A stretch of 64,000 nt of DNA from Cenarchaeum sp. GTDB lineage: Archaea; Thermoproteota; Nitrososphaeria; Nitrososphaerales; Nitrosopumilaceae. The notes beneath the pieces are model-generated. The model was given only the letters and a program-made list of their open reading frames with translations. It was not told the DNA's origin and did not search any database. Below are positions 58,401-64,000 of the stretch, piece after piece (position 1 is the first letter of the stretch; each line of letters begins with the position of its first letter). Both the position numbers and the translations under genes were made by a program. The stretch spans positions 640,001 to 704,000 of the forward strand of contig CBDESU010000002.1 of assembly GCA_965242695.1 (NCBI GenBank), in the 5' to 3' direction.

Positions 58401-59006
58401 TTGGCCATTGAACTGACGGCCCTAGAGATGGTGCTGGGCGGCATACTCGCCTTCCTTGCGGGGCTGTTCGCCCTGCTGTTCTACTACGAGCGGCGGACGG
58501 CGCGCCAGACGGCACAGAGTGGACAGGATCCGGCACACCTTGATCGCCTGGAACAGTACGAAAACCAGTTGATTGGTATGAAAATACGCCTAGATGCCCT
58601 CAGCTTAGGTGTCACAGAGCCGGCAGGCCAGGCAGGGCAAGAAGAGGGCGGCAGCCAGGACGCGTCAAGGGCTGCGGACGACAGGCAGGGAGAGCCGAGC
58701 AGGGAGAAGGCAACCACAAGCGAGCCACCGGCGCCTGTAGCGGCGTCCGGCTCAAAGCAGCCCCCGGCAGGCCCATATGATATTACAAATCACATATTAC
58801 AACTTATCACATCAAAGTCAATGACCTCTCGTGATATTCAAATCACAATCGGTAGGACGCGCGAGCATACATCAAGGCTAATGAAGCGGCTGGCAGAGGA
58901 AGGCCTCGTCAAGAGGCACCCCGGCTCGAGGCCATACACATACTCGATCACAGAGCGTGGGAAGGAGAGACTGGGAGGCCAGAAGAGCATAGCATCAGAA
59001 CCATAG
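58401..59006 (+). CDS. membrane-anchored winged-helix DNA-binding protein
   Basis: N-terminal TM, coiled coil, linker, C-terminal TSRDIQ...REHTSRLMKRL..EG.V.R...PY.Y.IT..G; start uncertain (58359 or 58401). Confidence 0.78.
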   Translation: MAIELTALEMVLGGILAFLAGLFALLFYYERRTARQTAQSGQDPAHLDRLEQYENQLIGMKIRLDALSLGVTEPAGQAGQEEGGSQDASRAADDRQGEPSREKATTSEPPAPVAASGSKQPPAGPYDITNHILQLITSKSMTSRDIQITIGRTREHTSRLMKRLAEEGLVKRHPGSRPYTYSITERGKERLGGQKSIASEP

Positions 59007-59099
59007 CGGCAGGCCATGCACCGCCCCCTCTCAAGGCCTTCTCCCTATACACTCGCGCCACAGCAACCTGGCATGTTATTCCTAGACCTGTCATGTACA

Positions 59100-59212
59100 C
59101 ATGTTCATTTTACGCTTAAATTAACATGTATTATTATTATTTTAATAAGTATTAATTATTATAAATTAGGCTTTTTATACCATAATAAATTATTTATAAT
59201 CAAAAATAATGC
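59100..59212. other. extremely AT-rich tract (candidate unwinding element or promoter region)
   Basis: About 110 bp that is almost entirely A/T in a GC-rich genome. Confidence 0.7.
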
Positions 59213-59221
59213 TTGGGCGGT

Positions 59222-59383
59222 ATGGATACGCAACATGACGAAGCGCTTGTCAAGGTCACAGTGGCAGGCACCATCTCGCTGCCAAAGCAGTTCAGAAAGT
59301 ACATGGACTTGCAAAGGGGCGACTATGTCAAGGTCGTACTTGACGGGGATCGGCTGACTGTGAGAAAGGCTGTTATCACATAG
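59222..59383 (+). CDS. AbrB/MazE/SpoVT family DNA-binding protein (53 aa)
   Basis: Translated by hand: VKVTVAGTISLPKQFRKYMDLQRGDYV; absent from the ORF track. Confidence 0.85.
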   Translation: MDTQHDEALVKVTVAGTISLPKQFRKYMDLQRGDYVKVVLDGDRLTVRKAVIT

Positions 59384-59795
59384 GCAGTCTTCCCGCTTGG
59401 CTGGCGGCCACCAGAGGGGCCTCCTTGACCACGTGGTACGACCACTCCCTGCCTGTTTTGACCCTCTCAAGCTGCCCCTTGTGGGCAAACCTCGACAGGT
59501 AGGTCGATATGACGCTCAGCTTGATGGGGCGATTGTACTCGTCCTCGTATTTTTCAAGCACAGCCGTCGAGGTAAACCGTCCCATTGGGTACTCCTTCTC
59601 AACGACATGCCATATCCTAGAGCCTACCGAGTCTAGGCTAGGCGCCTCCTTTGGGTCGTCCTCTATGTTTATCATCTCCATGGCCTCGAATATCCTAAGG
59701 ACCTTCTCCCTCGTGACTGCCCCCTCGAGCTTGATGTCGTACCTCATCCCGTCGGCATCCTCCATGTCGATGCGGATACGCTTGCGTCCCATCAC
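59376..59795 (-). CDS. hypothetical winged-helix protein
   Basis: FTS..VLE.YEDEY..PIKLSVISTYLSR...G.L.R.K.GREW.Y. Confidence 0.75.
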   Translation of the reverse strand: MMGRKRIRIDMEDADGMRYDIKLEGAVTREKVLRIFEAMEMINIEDDPKEAPSLDSVGSRIWHVVEKEYPMGRFTSTAVLEKYEDEYNRPIKLSVISTYLSRFAHKGQLERVKTGREWSYHVVKEAPLVAASQAGRLPM

Positions 59796-59799
59796 ACCC

Positions 59800-60370
59800 T
59801 GTAGTGTGGCGCGCCGTTAACCCCTCTTGTCAATCTTTGTTAACATGCTAGGTTGTGAAAGTTGACGCCTAGTAGCCGCGCTGTAGGGGCCTGACGATAA
59901 CAGGCCTGCCGCTGGGGTGCCTGCCGCTGGGGTGCCTGCCACGCCTAGAGTGGAAATGAAGGGGTCAAACCGGCCCCTTCACAGTGTTAACGCCCATCTT
60001 CACGCCTAGAGTGGAAATGAAGGGGTCAAACCGGCCCCTCCTAGGCTGGACTTCACACCTACCTAGCGGCTGTGAACGGGCCTTGCCCTGTGTACCGTAC
60101 CCTCTACTCTACCCACACACCATCATTTCCACTCTCTTTCTTTTCAAATTTTTTTCAAGAGTAGCTGTCTGTGGGTGTGGTGTCGTCATGCCAGTATGAT
60201 CTAGAGTGGAAACGTGGGTGTGTGGGCAGGCAGGCGTGGCGGGGGAGGGACGGGGAGGGATGAACGCGGGTGGGTGCATGGGCGAAGGCGGCAGTCTTGG
60301 CAGGCTGTAGTCAACATCTTTACACCTCTGCCGAACAAACATCGACAAGCGGCGTTAACGACGGCCGGTG
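59800..60370. promoter_or_regulatory. probable replication origin oriC with ORB elements
   Basis: CTAGAGTGGAAATGAAGGGG at 59945 and 60006, inverted CATTTCCACTCT at 60124, CTAGAGTGGAAAC at 60201; T-rich tract at 60137-60158; directly upstream of cdc6. Confidence 0.85.
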
Positions 60371-60382
60371 CGACCCTGCAAC

Positions 60383-61597
60383 ATGAGGGCGGTCTACGAG
60401 GACCCAGTCGAGAGGCTGTTCGAGGCGGCCGAGGCGGGGCAGATGCTCATCCAGAACAGGGAGATACTCCACTTCACCTACATCCCCGACGTGATACGGC
60501 ACAGGGACACGGAGCAAAAACAGGTGGCGCAGTCGCTCCTGCCGATCCTAAAGCAGTCGAAGCCGTCGAACCTCCTCGTGTACGGCAAGCCGGGAACCGG
60601 CAAGACGCTGGTGGTCCGCAAGATACTCGACCAGATACGCGAGAGGGTAGACCGCTCCGAGTTCCCGATAAGGCTCGTCTACTCCAACGCCAAGGAGGAG
60701 ACTACATTGTACGGGCTGTTCATAAGCCTCGGCAAGCAGCTGGGCCTCAGCGACAAGGACATGCCGGCGACGGGGCTTGCCATCGCCGAGATATTCCGGC
60801 GCATACTGGCGGCCGTCTCAAAGGGCGCCCTCAACGTGGTCTTCGTGATCGACGAGATCGACCACCTGGCGCACATGGTGGCCAAGACGCACAACGACGT
60901 GCTGTACCAGCTGACGAGGGCTAACGAGCGCGTCAAGGCAGGCTCGATAACCATAGTCGGCATATCCAACGACCTGACGTTCAAGGAACGCCTCGACCCG
61001 AGGGTGATCAGCACCCTGCGCGAGGAAGAGATAGTCTTTACCAACTATACGATAAGCCAGATACAGAGCATACTGAGGGACAGGATTGGCGCCGCGTTCG
61101 TCGCCGGCTCGGTGAGCGATCCCGCCCTGAGCCTCTGCGCTGCCATGGCGGGGCGCGAGCACGGCGATGCAAGGAGGGCCCTGGACCTGCTGCGCGTGGC
61201 GGGCGAGGTGGCCGAGCGCGAGCAGGCGCCGGCGGTCACCGAGGTCCACATCAGGGAGGCCGCCTCGAAGATAGAGGAGAACAAGGAGGTTACCGCCCTC
61301 AGGTCGTACCCCCTGCACGAGAAGCTGCTGATACTGGCCGTGATGAGGGCGCAGGGGTCGACGACCGGCGAGATATATGCCACGTACAAGAGCCTGGCGC
61401 GGACGATCCGCCAGAGCGAGCTGACCAACAGGCGCGTCACGCAGATGCTCAGTGAGATAGAGATGTCCGGGATGATATCCGGACGGATAGCCCACCAGGG
61501 CCGGCACGGGCGCACCAAGAAGTTCCGGCTTATGGTCTCGCCGGACATGGTAAAGAAGACGTTTGCCGGCGACCTAGCCCTGGTCGACGTCCTCTAG
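60383..61597 (+). CDS. cdc6: Orc1/Cdc6 replication initiator
   Basis: YGKPGTGKT, IDEID, GISND, GDARRALDLL, wHTH with GRHGRTK. Confidence 0.96.
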   Translation: MRAVYEDPVERLFEAAEAGQMLIQNREILHFTYIPDVIRHRDTEQKQVAQSLLPILKQSKPSNLLVYGKPGTGKTLVVRKILDQIRERVDRSEFPIRLVYSNAKEETTLYGLFISLGKQLGLSDKDMPATGLAIAEIFRRILAAVSKGALNVVFVIDEIDHLAHMVAKTHNDVLYQLTRANERVKAGSITIVGISNDLTFKERLDPRVISTLREEEIVFTNYTISQIQSILRDRIGAAFVAGSVSDPALSLCAAMAGREHGDARRALDLLRVAGEVAEREQAPAVTEVHIREAASKIEENKEVTALRSYPLHEKLLILAVMRAQGSTTGEIYATYKSLARTIRQSELTNRRVTQMLSEIEMSGMISGRIAHQGRHGRTKKFRLMVSPDMVKKTFAGDLALVDVL

Positions 61598-61601
61598 GGG
61601 G

Positions 61602-63152
61602 CTAGGCAAGGCCGGACGACGCATCGCCGTGCTCCACGCAGTCCTTGGTGAAGACCTTGAACGTCTTGAGGTTGACCAGGACGGCCTGGCCGGCGTCGGG
61701 CTGTATGCCGCGCGCCTGCTGGAAGGGGGTCTGCGACTGCCACGTGCCAGAGTTGACCGTCAGCACGCCGCGGTGCAGCCCAAAGCCGAGCCTGTGGACG
61801 TGACCCACGTGCAGTATGTCCGGCACCTCGTCGATGACGAGCATGTCCTCGGTCTCGGGCGCGATGGGCGTCTGGCTGCCGTAGATGGGGCTGAGGTGAC
61901 GCGCCTTGAGCAGCGCCTCCATGACCGGCCCCGGCTCGTCGTAGCTTAGGCCCGGCGCGGCCTTTACGAGGTCGTCGGCGCTCTGGCCGTGGAACATGGT
62001 CACGCGCACGCCGTTGAGCGAGATGCTGGCGGGGTTGCCGAGCATTTCGACGTTGGGCATGGCCCACATCTCGGGGCAGAACTTTTCGGGTATGGCCGGC
62101 TGCGGCAGGGCGCGCCTGCCGGGGTCGTGGTTGCCCGGTATGACGAATATTTTGATGTGCTCGGGGACGAGCGAGAGCAGCGATGCGAGCTTTGACATCT
62201 GCTCGCCGGCCGTCTTGTGGATGAGCTCCTTGTCCTGGTCGGGGTAGACGCCGACGCCGTCGACGACGTCGCCGCAGAGCAGGACAAACCGCACCCTCCT
62301 TGCAGTCGGGTCGGGGCCGGACAGCCACCTGGCAAAGAACTCGAACTCGCGCTCGAGGAAGAACCGGCTGCCCACGTGCAGGTCGGAGAGGAGCACGGCG
62401 TAGGCGTCGGTCTTTGACCGGCGCCTGGCCGTGTCGGCCACGTCGGGGGACATTATCTCGCGCGCGACGAGGCCGCTTCCCCTGCCCGCGCCCACCCTTG
62501 CCACCACAAGCTGATCGTGGAACAGCGCCTCGGCGTCCTTGCGCACGTCCTCGTCGTACGCGACAAGCTCGACCGTGCCCGTCGGGTCGTCGATTGTGAC
62601 GCGCACCGCCGTGCGGTCGGTCGACTTTGACGTCACAAGGCCGCACACGTACGGATCGTCGCCCCCCTCGCCGCCGCGTCCGCCTCCTCCCCCTGCCCTG
62701 CCCCCCTCGCCCCCCTCTTCCCTCCCTCCCTCTCCCCCCTTCCTGCCTCGCGGGCGCGGCGGGGCCGGCGGCGACTCGACCAGGGACTTGATCGTGCGCA
62801 TGCGCTTGGCCTCGGGCCGGTCTGCCACGATCGCCCTGAGCTTTTCAAAGCGGCTCTTGAAGAGGGCCGCGTACCCTTCCGCACCCTCGCCGGATGCCGT
62901 CCGCCCCGTAGGATCCGATACGACCTCGTAGTCGGCGTCCACCTCTTCGTCCCCGCCCACGCCGAGCAGCTCGTCAAGGTCGGCCGGCCCTATGTGGTAT
63001 GCGCGCTGGCGGGTCTTTTCCTTGACCAGGTCCCGGATCAGCTTCGGCAGGGCGCCCGGCTCGATGCCCTCCAGCGTGAGCAGGGCGTCGGGGTGCACCT
63101 GGAACCCCCTGCTCAGGGCGTAGCTGAGCGCCTGCTTCACGTCCCTTCTCAT
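61602..63152 (-). CDS. polB: DNA polymerase D small subunit DP1
   Basis: SDLHVGS, GDVVDG.GVYP.Q, PGNHD, FHG, HVGHVH, NSGTWQ. Confidence 0.95.
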   Translation of the reverse strand: MRRDVKQALSYALSRGFQVHPDALLTLEGIEPGALPKLIRDLVKEKTRQRAYHIGPADLDELLGVGGDEEVDADYEVVSDPTGRTASGEGAEGYAALFKSRFEKLRAIVADRPEAKRMRTIKSLVESPPAPPRPRGRKGGEGGREEGGEGGRAGGGGGRGGEGGDDPYVCGLVTSKSTDRTAVRVTIDDPTGTVELVAYDEDVRKDAEALFHDQLVVARVGAGRGSGLVAREIMSPDVADTARRRSKTDAYAVLLSDLHVGSRFFLEREFEFFARWLSGPDPTARRVRFVLLCGDVVDGVGVYPDQDKELIHKTAGEQMSKLASLLSLVPEHIKIFVIPGNHDPGRRALPQPAIPEKFCPEMWAMPNVEMLGNPASISLNGVRVTMFHGQSADDLVKAAPGLSYDEPGPVMEALLKARHLSPIYGSQTPIAPETEDMLVIDEVPDILHVGHVHRLGFGLHRGVLTVNSGTWQSQTPFQQARGIQPDAGQAVLVNLKTFKVFTKDCVEHGDASSGLA

Positions 63153-63249
63153 TTGCCTCGCACGGCGGCCGTTTTAATTAAACCTGCGCGGCCTGCCGCC
63201 CACGCCCGCAGACGAAGGCGCTTATAGCGCCTCGGCGCCCCCGCCACAT

Positions 63250-63798
63250 GTGCAGCGGCTCTACCTGTTCTTTGCATTCACGGCGGTGTTTTCCGCGGCG
63301 TACCAGCTCGGCGCCATGTACGACGTCGACGAGGAGGAGGCGCAGGAGTTCATGGACCAGTTTGGCGGGCTAATCGAGGGCATTGACGCGCCTGGCATAT
63401 TCCGGCACAACATGATGATCGCGCTGCCGATGTTCGTGCCCGGCCTCGGCGTCGGCTGGGGCCTCTTCTCGGCGTGGTCCACGGGGTATGCCTTTGCGTC
63501 GATTGCGACCGTCAACCCGTCGCTCGGCGGCATCCTGCCCCTGGCCGTCCTGTACCTGTCGCCGTTCGGGCTCATGGAGCTGGCCGCGTACTCGCTTGCC
63601 GTCTCGCGCAGCTTTGTCCTGGCGCTTGCGCTGGCGCGCCGCAGGCCGTTTCGTCCCCTCCTTCCCGCCACGGCGGCCGAGGTTGCCGTGCTGGCGGGGC
63701 TCCTGCTTGCGGCCGCGTACATCGAGATGCACATGATCGAGGCGCTCGCCGGCGGCGAGGGGGCGGTGCCCGGCCTCGGCGTGGAGGGGCCCGGGTGA
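63250..63798 (+). CDS. SpoIIM-like membrane protein
   Basis: IF.HN..IAL.MF.PG.G, PFG.MEL.AY, AAYIE. Confidence 0.8.
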   Translation: MQRLYLFFAFTAVFSAAYQLGAMYDVDEEEAQEFMDQFGGLIEGIDAPGIFRHNMMIALPMFVPGLGVGWGLFSAWSTGYAFASIATVNPSLGGILPLAVLYLSPFGLMELAAYSLAVSRSFVLALALARRRPFRPLLPATAAEVAVLAGLLLAAAYIEMHMIEALAGGEGAVPGLGVEGPG

Positions 63799-63848
63799 CC
63801 GCCGCACGGCCGGTTTATATCGAACGGCCCGCGCGACGCGCCGCCGTC

Positions 63849-64000
63849 TTGACAGCAGAAAGCGGGCGTCCGCGCGACGCAGAGCTGCACGGCCTGATCT
63901 CCAGGCTTGCGCTGTCGCACAGCGACGAGCCCGTGCTGCTCGCCTCGGGCAGGCGGTCGCGCAGCTACTTTGACCTGCGGCGGCTGACGGGGGATCCGAG
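63849..64000 (+). CDS. pyrE: orotate phosphoribosyltransferase-like protein, 5' part (cut by window end)
   Basis: TTG start after TTTATAT; LASGRRSRSYFDLR motif. Confidence 0.65.
   Translation, partial: MTAESGRPRDAELHGLISRLALSHSDEPVLLASGRRSRSYFDLRRLTGDP

Noticed and set aside
331-63920. Numerous Arg/Pro/Ala-rich overlapping ORFs in the track
   Set aside because: They are shadow frames typical of high-GC DNA and overlap genes with clear family motifs

Overview
GC-rich archaeal chromosomal segment. The gene set (PolD DP1/DP2, Cdc6/Orc1, GINS, two TFBs, thermosome, GGGP synthase, CCA-adding enzyme, IPxWxK-ARWW C-terminal surface domains, TATA boxes just upstream of start codons) points to Nitrososphaeria/Thaumarchaeota, most likely Nitrosopumilaceae. 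The high GC and a large secreted NHL-repeat protein fit a Cenarchaeum-like host-associated lineage (inference). Mostly housekeeping genes, plus the probable replication origin (ORB boxes upstream of cdc6), tRNA-Pro(GGG), a complete IS66-family element with TIRs and an 8-bp TSD, and scattered defence-type genes (GmrSD-like, HARE-HTH nuclease, degenerate HNH, Swt1-like HEPN, UvrD-nuclease plus HAD). Most interesting signals: (1) an oriC-proximal cluster of four small putative DNA-binding genes, one membrane-anchored, overlaid by dense GTGAT(A/T) and GTTAAC motifs, a candidate origin-tethering or segregation module; (2) a recurrent [duplication]-[unique spacer]-[duplication] scar with a period of about 60-73 bp at unrelated loci, one of which appears to truncate a gene; (3) a KamA-family aminomutase next to a motif-altered glutamine synthetase, a candidate beta-glutamate/beta-glutamine pathway. 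All family calls come from motif recognition by eye; no database searches were run.
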